Positions 40,583-48,946 of a DNA stretch of 64,000 nt are shown here, in pieces (within the stretch, counting starts at the first letter, position 1; every line of letters begins with the position of its first letter). Under the pieces are notes generated by a model, which saw only the letters and a list, made by a program, of their open reading frames with translations, was not told where the DNA came from and did no database searches. Both the position numbers and the translations under genes were made by a program. The stretch is from an uncultured Clostridium sp. (GTDB lineage: Bacteria > Bacillota > Clostridia > TANB77 > CAG-508), in the NCBI GenBank assembly GCA_902491155.1, contig CABUGH010000002.1, positions 24,211 to 88,210 on the forward strand. The letters run 5' to 3'.

Positions 40583-40930
40583 CTAATTAAGACCTTGATA
40601 TAAATTATACACATTCTTATATCCCAGTTTTTTTAATTTTCTTTTAGCTGTTCGACTTCTGCCACCACTGTCACAATAAAGTACAATTGTTTTTTCTATA
40701 TCTGGCCCTTTCAACTTTATTTCTTTTTGAATGTTATATTCTGGTATGCATATTGCTCCATCTAAATGTCCTTCTGCAAATTCTTGTGGGCTTCTAACAT
40801 CTATTAAAACTGCACCTTGCCTTTGTAACTGTTTTAACTGCTGGTAATCTATATCGTCTGGCTCTAATTCTCTCTTAAATTTACTTTTCAATTTACTTAT
40901 AAAATTTTTCTTCAATCTTTTCACTTCCAA
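40583..40930 (-). CDS. Rhodanese-like domain protein
   Basis: LIDVRSPQEFAEGHLDGA and active-site loop YCDSGGRS; start codon uncertain (TTG/GTG candidates). Confidence 0.8.
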   Translation of the reverse strand: MEVKRLKKNFISKLKSKFKRELEPDDIDYQQLKQLQRQGAVLIDVRSPQEFAEGHLDGAICIPEYNIQKEIKLKGPDIEKTIVLYCDSGGRSRTAKRKLKKLGYKNVYNLYQGLN

Positions 40931-40989
40931 TAATATTACTTCTGTATATTATATTCAATATTTAATATAAAGTGAATCAAGTAAACACA

Positions 40990-41289
40990 CTATTTTATAA
41001 GCAAATATATACCTAATACAATTTCTAAAATTGTAATTGTTGGTAATCCTATAGTAAACTGCAATTTTTTTGTTTTATGATGGAACACATACATTCCAGT
41101 AATTGTTCCTATCCCTCCACCTAAAGCAGTTATAATAAATATTGTTTTTTCCTGTATTCTCCATTTACCCTTTTCCGCTTTCTTTTTATCTATTAACATT
41201 ACCAAAAAACCTATAATATTTATTAATATAAAATAAATCAATATTATTGTAGATTTTTTTATTCCGCCAAATAATTCTGTTTCAAACAT
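40990..41289 (-). CDS. DUF1294 membrane protein
   Basis: DKKKAEKGKWRI.E..........GG.GT..GM..F.HKT.K signature. Confidence 0.75.
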   Translation of the reverse strand: MFETELFGGIKKSTIILIYFILINIIGFLVMLIDKKKAEKGKWRIQEKTIFIITALGGGIGTITGMYVFHHKTKKLQFTIGLPTITILEIVLGIYLLIK

Positions 41290-41417
41290 CTACACACTTC
41301 CCTTCACTCATAACTTTTTTTATTTTATCAAATACAGTAGATAAAATCAAGTTAGGTCATGCACTTTTATTTTTATGCAACATATATTTAAATTATAAGA
41401 AATTTGGGGGTGCATTT

Positions 41418-42116
41418 ATGTTTGCTCTATTATCAACTGTTGGCTTTTTAAATTTTTTAAAGTCTGCCGTTTTTGTTGTTGGTTATATACAAGGTAGTAA
41501 TTTGTTTCCGGAGCCACTTTCACAAGAAGAAGAATATAATTGCTTAGTTCAAATGGCTAATGGTGACGAAGATGCTAGAAATATATTAATTGAAAGAAAC
41601 CTACGATTAGTTGCACATATCACAAAAAAATATGCCACTACTAATGTTGATCAAGATGATTTAATTTCTATTGGTACAATTGGTTTAATAAAAGGTATAA
41701 ATAGTTTTAAAATAGAAAAAGGAAGCAAACTTAGTACATATGTTTCCAGATGTATTGATAATGAAATTTTAATGCATTTAAGGTCAACCAAAAAATTGAA
41801 TTCTGAAGTATATTTAAACGAACCTATTGGAAAAGATAAAGATGATAATGTTGTTACATTACAAGAAGTTTTGGAAAATGATGAAAAAAACATTGAAGAT
41901 GAAGTAGATTTGAAATTCAAAATTAAACTCCTGTATGAAAAATTAAAGTCTGTACTAAAAGATAGAGAACGTACAATTATTAAACTTCGCTTTGGACTTG
42001 ATGGAAATAAACCTAAAACACAACATGAAATTGCTGAAATGATGGGAATTTCTCGTTCTTATGTTTCAAGAATTGAATCAAAGGCTATTAATAAATTAAG
42101 TAAAGAATTTAAATAA
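41418..42116 (+). CDS. sigK: Sporulation sigma factor SigK (pro-sigma-K), uninterrupted
   Basis: Hydrophobic pro-sequence then FVVGYIQGSNLFPEPLS; ERNLRLVAHITKKY, DLISIGTIGLIKGINSF and ILMHLRSTKK resemble B. subtilis SigK more than SigE. Confidence 0.85.
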   Translation: MFALLSTVGFLNFLKSAVFVVGYIQGSNLFPEPLSQEEEYNCLVQMANGDEDARNILIERNLRLVAHITKKYATTNVDQDDLISIGTIGLIKGINSFKIEKGSKLSTYVSRCIDNEILMHLRSTKKLNSEVYLNEPIGKDKDDNVVTLQEVLENDEKNIEDEVDLKFKIKLLYEKLKSVLKDRERTIIKLRFGLDGNKPKTQHEIAEMMGISRSYVSRIESKAINKLSKEFK

Positions 42117-42182
42117 AACAAAAGCAGACATTTCTATATAATTATTGCATTACAAAACCTCTTTTTATTTCATCTTATCTTA

Positions 42183-42385
42183 TATGCCCATTTCCACATA
42201 TCTCTGATGGTACTAGAGTTCTTTCATCTGTTAAGATTTTGCCTATTTCTGTTGGTGTTTTTCCGTTTCGTGCTAACATGAATATTCTTCTTACAATTGG
42301 TGCTATATCTTGGTCAATTATATAATGGTTATTGTCTAATTCTTCATTGCTTACTATTATTTCGCCATTACCAACTTCTAGTTTA
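42183..42385 (-). pseudogene. Large serine recombinase, internal fragment
   Basis: Hand translation THKLEVGNGEIIVSNEELDNNHYIIDQDIAPIVRRIFMLARNGKTPTEIGKILTDERTLVPSEICGNGHIR-stop resembles the recombinase-domain segment (..vvde.eA.iVr.IF.l...G.s...Ia..Ln.egi.tP); no catalytic N-terminus. Confidence 0.6.
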
Positions 42386-42416
42386 TGAGTAAATTATAAA
42401 CTAGAAGTAAAATGCT

Positions 42417-42452
42417 TTAATGCCATATAATTTTATAGTTATATGGCATTAA
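42417..42452 (-). terminator. Hairpin directly after the last gene of the 5-ORF operon
   Basis: 14-bp stem TTAATGCCATATAA / TTATATGGCATTAA with an 8-nt loop; weak U-tail. Confidence 0.55.
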
Positions 42453-42453
42453 T

Positions 42454-42888
42454 TTATATAAAAAGACTTTTAATTTTATTAATTAATCTCTTAAATATGG
42501 ATTCTTTATATTCTACTAAAGCAACCTCGTTTTTAATAATTTTTTCTTGAACATGCTTTTTAAAGATATTATCTGGATTATATTTTTTTCTAAGTTCATT
42601 TTCATACATATCTTCATTATTTTTAAATATTTGTTTTAATTCAAATTTCTCATTTTCATTTTCACACCAATAGTTCAAATGTAATAAAGCTATTATTGAT
42701 ATTGTTTCCTTTTTAATATTTTGTTTATTTAATGGTATATCCTCTGTATATTTAGGCTCATAATTAATATCCCTTTTTTTTTCTAACATATTGACTAAAC
42801 TTTTTGGTAATTTATCAATATATTCATTTCCTAAGAAATTCAACACTTGATATACTTCTGAATAAATTTCTTTAGTTTTTCTATTCAT
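42454..42888 (-). CDS. Hypothetical protein (144 aa)
   Basis: GAAGGAAAAG RBS; start overlaps the upstream stop (ATGA), suggesting translational coupling; no family recognised. Confidence 0.7.
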   Translation of the reverse strand: MNRKTKEIYSEVYQVLNFLGNEYIDKLPKSLVNMLEKKRDINYEPKYTEDIPLNKQNIKKETISIIALLHLNYWCENENEKFELKQIFKNNEDMYENELRKKYNPDNIFKKHVQEKIIKNEVALVEYKESIFKRLINKIKSLFI

Positions 42889-43856
42889 ATTTCTTTTCCT
42901 TCATAATTTTTTTCTGGTTGTTCAATTCCTTCTCTTAATGTCTCTTTAGCATGACTTAAATCTGATAATTTTACATCTTGATATGCATCCAATAAAATTC
43001 TACGTTTAGATTTTCTTGTATCGCTTTTTATGTTATCGCTGCTCTGTTCGGTTTGTCCTATATCTCTACTTAAATAAAACATAGCATTTTGAATTACAGT
43101 ATTTTCTCCTAAAACTCCATCTCTATTGCCATACATTTCGACAGATAATTGTTCTAATTTTTGCATATCATTAGAAATAACTGCTTCGCTTATTTGCCTT
43201 TGTTGTTCTGTTAACCTATCTGAAAGGCTTTTTATAAAAGTTCCTTTTTCTTCATCCGTCATTTCAAGAAAATGGCTTATATTTTTTTGAAATATTCTCT
43301 CTCCATTTTCTTCTTTAAAATATCCTAAAATAAATTCTTTTGGAAATTCCCCATAATCATTATCTCCACAACATAATCGGTCTAAAATACAAGTTATTTT
43401 GTGATTATTTCCAACAGCACTTGTATCCATTCCTGGGAATCCAACATATAATTTTTCTCCATTTCCTTCCAATATTGTAGGAACTAAAACAACAACTCCG
43501 TTTTCTGCCATTTCACTGCCTAATCTATAATTTTTTATTGCTTCTCTTTGATGTTTTTTTAATTCAGAACTTACTCCTAAAGAACTTACAGTTGCTAACA
43601 CAGAACTACCTTTCTTTATATCTAGTCCACCATCACATATTCCTTTTAAAACTTCATCTACAGATTTACCTTTAATTTTTTCTTTTCGTACCGCATGAAT
43701 ACCTAAACCCATTTTCCCTTTTTGACTTTTCATAACTTCATCAATATATTCATACATTCCTTCAGTATTTGATTTCACTCTTTTACTAGTATTTTGACTT
43801 TGACTAATCAATTCCGATCTATCTATATCGTTAAAATCAAAAACAATTTTTCTCAT
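42885..43856 (-). CDS. Hypothetical protein (323 aa)
   Basis: GGAGAA RBS; soluble, no motif recognised by eye. Confidence 0.7.
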   Translation of the reverse strand: MRKIVFDFNDIDRSELISQSQNTSKRVKSNTEGMYEYIDEVMKSQKGKMGLGIHAVRKEKIKGKSVDEVLKGICDGGLDIKKGSSVLATVSSLGVSSELKKHQREAIKNYRLGSEMAENGVVVLVPTILEGNGEKLYVGFPGMDTSAVGNNHKITCILDRLCCGDNDYGEFPKEFILGYFKEENGERIFQKNISHFLEMTDEEKGTFIKSLSDRLTEQQRQISEAVISNDMQKLEQLSVEMYGNRDGVLGENTVIQNAMFYLSRDIGQTEQSSDNIKSDTRKSKRRILLDAYQDVKLSDLSHAKETLREGIEQPEKNYEGKEI

Positions 43857-43883
43857 TTTTTCTCCATTCTATATGAAAATTAT

Positions 43884-44660
43884 TTAACTATATATCATTT
43901 GTTTATACTTTATTGATATTTGTTCTTTTACTTCTTCCATCTGTTTCATAATTCCTTTTAAAGTAGAAATTACGTCTAAAACTTTTGAACTATTTTTAGA
44001 TTTAATATCTTTTATATATTCATTTTCATAATTTTCTAAAAATCTTTTAAATTTACTTTTTCCTGATATTTTATTAAAAATTATTCTCTTTATCTTGGTA
44101 AATATGTTATCTTCATATATTTGCAACTGATATATGTTATTGACAAATACTTCATTTATATCTGCTTGTGCATTTTCTATACACCATTTAATTCTTGCCT
44201 TACACTCATCAATAATAACTGCATAATTTAATTTCTTTTGTGCACAAGCTAGTATAGTATTTTGCATTTTTTGTATTTCTTCATCTGCATTTTTTTCCTT
44301 TTGTAATCTTTTTGTTAATGTTACTATATTAGCTATTGCAATTTTTTGATTATTCATAGCATTCTGCATTATCTTAAATATATTTACATATAAATTATCA
44401 TATACATTAATTAACTTTTCTAATTGTTCTTTATACTTATATATATTCTTTTCTATCTCATACTCATATTTTTCGCTCTTTTGATTGTAAAATCTTGATT
44501 GTTGTTCAAAAACTTCTCTTATTTCATTCATTTTACGTTCTTTTAATTTTTCTATGTTTTTTTGATATATTGCTAATTGTAACATAGAAATTTCATTTTC
44601 TACATTTTCTAAATTCTGCATATTTTCATTTAATTTTTCAAATATTTCAATTTCATCCAT
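43884..44660 (-). CDS. Hypothetical coiled-coil protein (258 aa)
   Basis: GGGAGAG RBS; heptad-rich, K/E/N/Q-rich sequence throughout. Confidence 0.7.
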   Translation of the reverse strand: MDEIEIFEKLNENMQNLENVENEISMLQLAIYQKNIEKLKERKMNEIREVFEQQSRFYNQKSEKYEYEIEKNIYKYKEQLEKLINVYDNLYVNIFKIMQNAMNNQKIAIANIVTLTKRLQKEKNADEEIQKMQNTILACAQKKLNYAVIIDECKARIKWCIENAQADINEVFVNNIYQLQIYEDNIFTKIKRIIFNKISGKSKFKRFLENYENEYIKDIKSKNSSKVLDVISTLKGIMKQMEEVKEQISIKYKQMIYS

Positions 44661-44677
44661 AGTATCTCTCCCATAAA

Positions 44678-45100
44678 CTATCTAAAAATATCATCTATTT
44701 TATCTTGATAATTCTTTCCTAACTTATTCATTCCTCTGTCCATTTTATTTAGTGTCGGACTTAATATTTTGTTGCTCACATTTCTTGTTACCACATTTCC
44801 CATTCTTAATATATCATTAATCTCATCTAACATCCCTTTGTCTTTTCCTAGTAATGATTTGTCAATCATATATTTTAATCCTAATGCACTTATTAATTCC
44901 ACCCCAACAGTAGGTATCATTACACTTGCAGCTAATAGTCCTGCACCTGTAGCAATTTTTTGCATTTGTGGATTTTTTACTAATGCATTCACAGTTTTTA
45001 TTGCTCCTCGACCAGTTAATTCTATTCCTTTTCCTAATCCTTTTAAGGTATATTTACCTGTAGTTTTAGCAATTCCTTTTATTACTTTTTTTGCATTCAT
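44678..45100 (-). CDS. Hypothetical small membrane protein (140 aa)
   Basis: AGGAG RBS; Lys/Gly-rich N-terminus, then the hydrophobic segment IATGAGLLAASVMIPTVGVELISALGL. Confidence 0.65.
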   Translation of the reverse strand: MNAKKVIKGIAKTTGKYTLKGLGKGIELTGRGAIKTVNALVKNPQMQKIATGAGLLAASVMIPTVGVELISALGLKYMIDKSLLGKDKGMLDEINDILRMGNVVTRNVSNKILSPTLNKMDRGMNKLGKNYQDKIDDIFR

Positions 45101-45120
45101 CTTTTGACTCCTTTTATTAT

Positions 45121-45288
45121 TTACTTTATTATTTGTGATAAATAATCATTCTGTTGTTCAATAATTTGTACTCGCTTTCTTTCTATTTTTTCTAAATACT
45201 TGCCCAATTCGGTTATATTAATTTTATCAATATCTATACTTGTACCATCAATGTGTATATTTCCATATTTTCCATCAAATTTAAACAT
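45121..45288 (-). CDS. Small hypothetical protein (55 aa), first gene of the operon
   Basis: Hand-translated MFKFDGKYGNIHIDGTSIDIDKINITELGKYLEKIERKRVQIIEQQNDYLSQIIK; GGAGAA RBS 6 nt upstream; below the track cut-off. Confidence 0.5.
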   Translation of the reverse strand: MFKFDGKYGNIHIDGTSIDIDKINITELGKYLEKIERKRVQIIEQQNDYLSQIIK

Positions 45289-45327
45289 TTGAATTTCTCC
45301 TCTTAATTTTTTTATTTATCTAAAAAC

Positions 45328-45357
45328 ATTATACCATAACAAAATTAATTTTGTTAT
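45328..45357 (-). promoter_or_regulatory. Extended -10 promoter overlapped by a perfect 22-bp palindrome (putative operator)
   Basis: Reverse strand ATAACAAAATTAATTTTGTTAT-GG-TATAAT; the palindrome 45336-45357 covers the -35 and spacer; about 40 nt upstream of the 55-aa ORF. Confidence 0.5.
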
Positions 45358-45390
45358 AAATTTTAAAATTTTTTTATTTTTTTTATCTCT

Positions 45391-45637
45391 CTAAATCTCA
45401 TTCCATTTCTCTTTCTTCTTTTTTTTATGAAAGTCATTTTGTAATTTTCTATAACTATCTCTACCCCCTCCAAAAATCTCTGGCACATATTTTATCTATT
45501 GCATTACCTTGTTCATCTTTTGTATGAATTACTGGTATAAACGTCAAGTGCATATGTGGTGTTGTTTCATTTTCCTTAAAATAGAAATTCAAATGTGTCA
45601 TTGTTGGATCAATATCCTTAAAAGTTCTCCAAACTTC
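45391..45637 (-). pseudogene. MobV-family (Pre/Mob) relaxase, frameshifted N-terminal fragment
   Basis: EVWRTFKDIDPTMTHLNFYFKENETTPHMHLTFIPVIHTKDEQGNAIDKICARDFWRG-stop, continuing in another frame as GRDSYRKLQNDFHKKK; the motif stPHMHl.f.P plus l..LQd.F is typical of MobV relaxases. Confidence 0.6.
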
Positions 45638-45657
45638 CTAGAATATAAAAATTATTC

Positions 45658-47535
45658 TTAACCTCTCAGCATTCTTAAAGAATTTAAAATTGCAAGTATA
45701 GACACTCCAACATCTGCAAAAACAGCTTCCCACATCGTAGCAACACCACAAGCACCTAAAACTAAAACAATAACTTTTACAGCTATAGCAAATATTATAT
45801 TCTCCTTTACAATTTTCATAGTCTTTTTAGAAATTTCTATTGCCTTACCAACTTTAGAAGGTTCATCTGTCATAATAACAACATCTGCAGCTTCTATTGC
45901 AGCATCAGAACCCAACGCTCCCATAGCAATACCAATATCACTCAAAGCAAGAACAGGAGCATCATTTATCCCATCACCAACAAAAACCAATTTTCCTTTT
46001 AAAGATTTTGACTTTAACAACTGTTCAACTTTCTCCACTTTTCCATCAGGAAGCAACTCAGCATAAACTTCATCAATTTGCAATTCTTTTGCAACACTAT
46101 TTGCAACTGCCTTTTTATCCCCAGTCAGCATAACTGTTTTATTAACTTCATTCTTTTTAAGCTCGATAATTGCATCTTTAGAATCTGATTTTATTTTATC
46201 TGAAATTACAATATATCCTACAAATTCGCCATCAACCGCAACATACAATACCGTACCTATATCTGTACTCTGAACATACTGTATTTTTCGTTCTTCCATC
46301 AATTTTTGATTTCCAACTAACACATTTTTTGAATCTACAACAGCACTCATACCTCTTCCTGATAATTCTTGCACATCAGAAATTTTCGTTCCGTCAATTT
46401 TTTCTTTATATCTTTTATTATACTCATTTTTTATAGATATTGCTATTGGATGATTTGAATCATTTTCACAACTTGCCACAAGTTTTAACAACTCATCTTT
46501 TCCAACTTCAAAATTAGAATTTGCAAAACCCAATTCTTTTGATGTAACTATTTTTTGAACCTCAAAAACACCTTCTGTTAAAGTACCTGTTTTATCAAAA
46601 ACTGCTATTTCTGTATTAGCCAAACCTTCCAAATAGTTACTACCCTTTATTAAAACACCTTTTTTAGAAGCTCCACCTATTCCACCAAAAAATCCTAAAG
46701 GAATAGATATAACTAATGCACATGGACATGATACAACCAAAAATGTAAGTGCTCTTGATAGCCAATTTACAAAACTACCATCTCGTAATACAATAGGCGG
46801 AATTATTGCAAGCATTACTGCTAATATTACAACTATTGGAGTATAATATTTTGCAAACTTAGTTATAAAATTTTCTGATTTTGATTTTTTATTACTTGCA
46901 TTTTCCACTAAATCCAAAATCTTATGTACTGTTGATTCTCCAAATTCTTTCTCAACTTTTATTTTCAAAGTTCCATTTTGATTTATAGAACCACTTAATA
47001 TTCTATCATTTTTCTTAACACTTTGTGGCACAGATTCACCAGTCAAGCTTGATGTATCTATCATGGAATTACCATCAATTACCGTTCCATCCAATGGCAC
47101 TTTTTCTCCAGGTTTAACTACTATTATTTCATTTATTTTTACTTCTTCTGGTTTTACTTTTATAACATTACCATTTCTTTCCACATTTGCATAATCAGGT
47201 CTAATATCCATTAACTCACTAATTGATCTCTTTGACTTATCAACAGCATAATCCTGAAATAACTCACCAACTTGATAAAATAGCATTACAGCAACAGCTT
47301 CCGGATATTCTCCTATAGCAATAGCCCCAATAGTTGCAACAGCCATTAAAAAATGCTCATCAAACAATTTTCCTTTAAATATATTTTTTATTGCCCTTAT
47401 TATAATTTCTCCACCAACAATTAAATAACTTATAATATATATAATTCTACTAATCCATATGTTCTCAAATTTTGCACACAATGCTATTATAAATAACACA
47501 CATGCTGTTATTATCTGAATAATTTGTTTTTTCAT
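45658..47535 (-). CDS. cadA: Heavy-metal (Cd/Zn/Co-type) translocating P1B-type ATPase without N-terminal metal-binding domain
   Basis: CPC in SCPCALVISIP, DKTGTLT, GDGINDAP; starts directly with TM helices; ATG at 47533-47535 preferred over the GTG at 47562. Confidence 0.9.
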   Translation of the reverse strand: MKKQIIQIITACVLFIIALCAKFENIWISRIIYIISYLIVGGEIIIRAIKNIFKGKLFDEHFLMAVATIGAIAIGEYPEAVAVMLFYQVGELFQDYAVDKSKRSISELMDIRPDYANVERNGNVIKVKPEEVKINEIIVVKPGEKVPLDGTVIDGNSMIDTSSLTGESVPQSVKKNDRILSGSINQNGTLKIKVEKEFGESTVHKILDLVENASNKKSKSENFITKFAKYYTPIVVILAVMLAIIPPIVLRDGSFVNWLSRALTFLVVSCPCALVISIPLGFFGGIGGASKKGVLIKGSNYLEGLANTEIAVFDKTGTLTEGVFEVQKIVTSKELGFANSNFEVGKDELLKLVASCENDSNHPIAISIKNEYNKRYKEKIDGTKISDVQELSGRGMSAVVDSKNVLVGNQKLMEERKIQYVQSTDIGTVLYVAVDGEFVGYIVISDKIKSDSKDAIIELKKNEVNKTVMLTGDKKAVANSVAKELQIDEVYAELLPDGKVEKVEQLLKSKSLKGKLVFVGDGINDAPVLALSDIGIAMGALGSDAAIEAADVVIMTDEPSKVGKAIEISKKTMKIVKENIIFAIAVKVIVLVLGACGVATMWEAVFADVGVSILAILNSLRMLRG

Positions 47536-47613
47536 ATTTTCCACATTCCTTTCTAAAAACACATATTAAAATACAATTAATACCAAACACAAAAAAATTC
47601 GCAATAATTACAA

Positions 47614-47976
47614 TTAATTTTTATGTTCAATATGTTCTATACCTAACTCAAATAATCCCTTAACATGATCATCATCCAATGTATAGTAAACTTCTTTTCC
47701 TTGTTTTCTACATTTTACTATTGACATCCTTCTTAATGTTCCCAACTGATGTGATATTGATGACTTACTCATTCCAAGCACATTTGCTATATCACACACA
47801 CACATTTCATTTTGATCCAAAGCAAATAATATTTTTGCTCTTGTTGTATCACCCAATATTTTAAAAAATTCAGCCAATTTATTAAATGTATCATCATCTG
47901 GCATTTTTTTTAATGTGGTCTCAACCGCTTCTTTATGTATAATGTTACAATCACATATAAACTCATTTTTTGACAT
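47614..47976 (-). CDS. ArsR/SmtB-family metalloregulator (CadC-like)
   Basis: ELCVCDIANVLGMSKSSISHQLGTLR HTH with metal-site cysteines; upstream of the ATPase; GGGGGA RBS. Confidence 0.9.
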   Translation of the reverse strand: MSKNEFICDCNIIHKEAVETTLKKMPDDDTFNKLAEFFKILGDTTRAKILFALDQNEMCVCDIANVLGMSKSSISHQLGTLRRMSIVKCRKQGKEVYYTLDDDHVKGLFELGIEHIEHKN

Positions 47977-48127
47977 TTACTTTTCCCCCTTTATCTAATA
48001 ATTGAATATCTACTCAACCATATTATAGTTGAATATTCGTTCAATTGTCAATATGTTTTTCAGATTTTTAAAAAAATAATCTACTCATATTATCTTCAAA
48101 AATTCATATATTATTATAGGTGATCAT

Positions 48128-48937
48128 ATGAATTTTTTAATTGATTGTTTTAAAGGAATTCTAATTGGTGGAGGCGCTATTCTACCAGGAATAAGTAGTG
48201 GAGTTATATGCGTAATTTTTGATTTATATGAAAAAATTTTAGATAGTATTTTACATTTTTTTAATGACATAAAAAAGAATTTTAAATTCTTATTTCCATT
48301 AATTTTAGGTGGATTTATTGGTATTTATCTGTTTGGTAATTTACTAAACTTTATATTTGAAAAATATCCAATCCAAACAAACTCTCTATTTATGGGATTT
48401 ATTTTAGGATGTATTCCTGCATTAGTAAAAAAAATACATAAAGACAATAATTTTTCTTGGAGATATATTCCTTTTCTTCTTTTAGCATTATCTATTGGTG
48501 TAATAAGTGTTTTCCTCGAAAAAAAAGCATTTAATCCATTTGATATTTCTTTTGGATTAAATACTTCCTCATATTTATATTTATGTATTTGTGGTTTTTG
48601 CATGTCTGCTGGAATTATTATTCCAGGTGTTAGCAGTACCGTTATTTTAATACTTTTAGGTGTATATCAAATATATCTTTCTGCAATATCAACACTTTCT
48701 TTTTCTATTTTAATTCCAATTGGTATTGGAGTTTTATTTGGGTGCTTAATATTTATGATTATTACTAAATTCTTATTATCAAATTTTTATATACCTACAT
48801 TTTACACTATTATAGGATTTACTGTTGGTTCTACTTTTGTACTATTTCCAACATTAAATTCAATTTTTGATATTATTCTATTTTTATGTTGCATAATTTT
48901 AGGATTTCTAATTAGTTCAAATATAGAAAAAACATAA
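48128..48937 (+). CDS. DUF368 family membrane protein (undecaprenyl-phosphate translocase-type)
   Basis: Two internal repeats with the G..LPG(I/V)SS motif (ILPGISSGVI and IIPGVSSTVI). Confidence 0.75.
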   Translation: MNFLIDCFKGILIGGGAILPGISSGVICVIFDLYEKILDSILHFFNDIKKNFKFLFPLILGGFIGIYLFGNLLNFIFEKYPIQTNSLFMGFILGCIPALVKKIHKDNNFSWRYIPFLLLALSIGVISVFLEKKAFNPFDISFGLNTSSYLYLCICGFCMSAGIIIPGVSSTVILILLGVYQIYLSAISTLSFSILIPIGIGVLFGCLIFMIITKFLLSNFYIPTFYTIIGFTVGSTFVLFPTLNSIFDIILFLCCIILGFLISSNIEKT

Positions 48938-48946
48938 GTACATACC

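Larger units (their letters stand above)
42140..45657. mobile_element. Decayed integrative/mobilisable element remnant carrying a 5-ORF operon
   Basis: Bounded by a serine-recombinase fragment (42183-42385) and a frameshifted MobV relaxase fragment (45391-45637). Confidence 0.5.

Noticed and set aside
41418-42385. sigK interrupted by a skin-like element
   Set aside because: The sigK ORF is full length (pro-sequence to region 4.2 HTH, 232 aa) with its own stop. The recombinase fragment lies outside it, so there is no current interruption.
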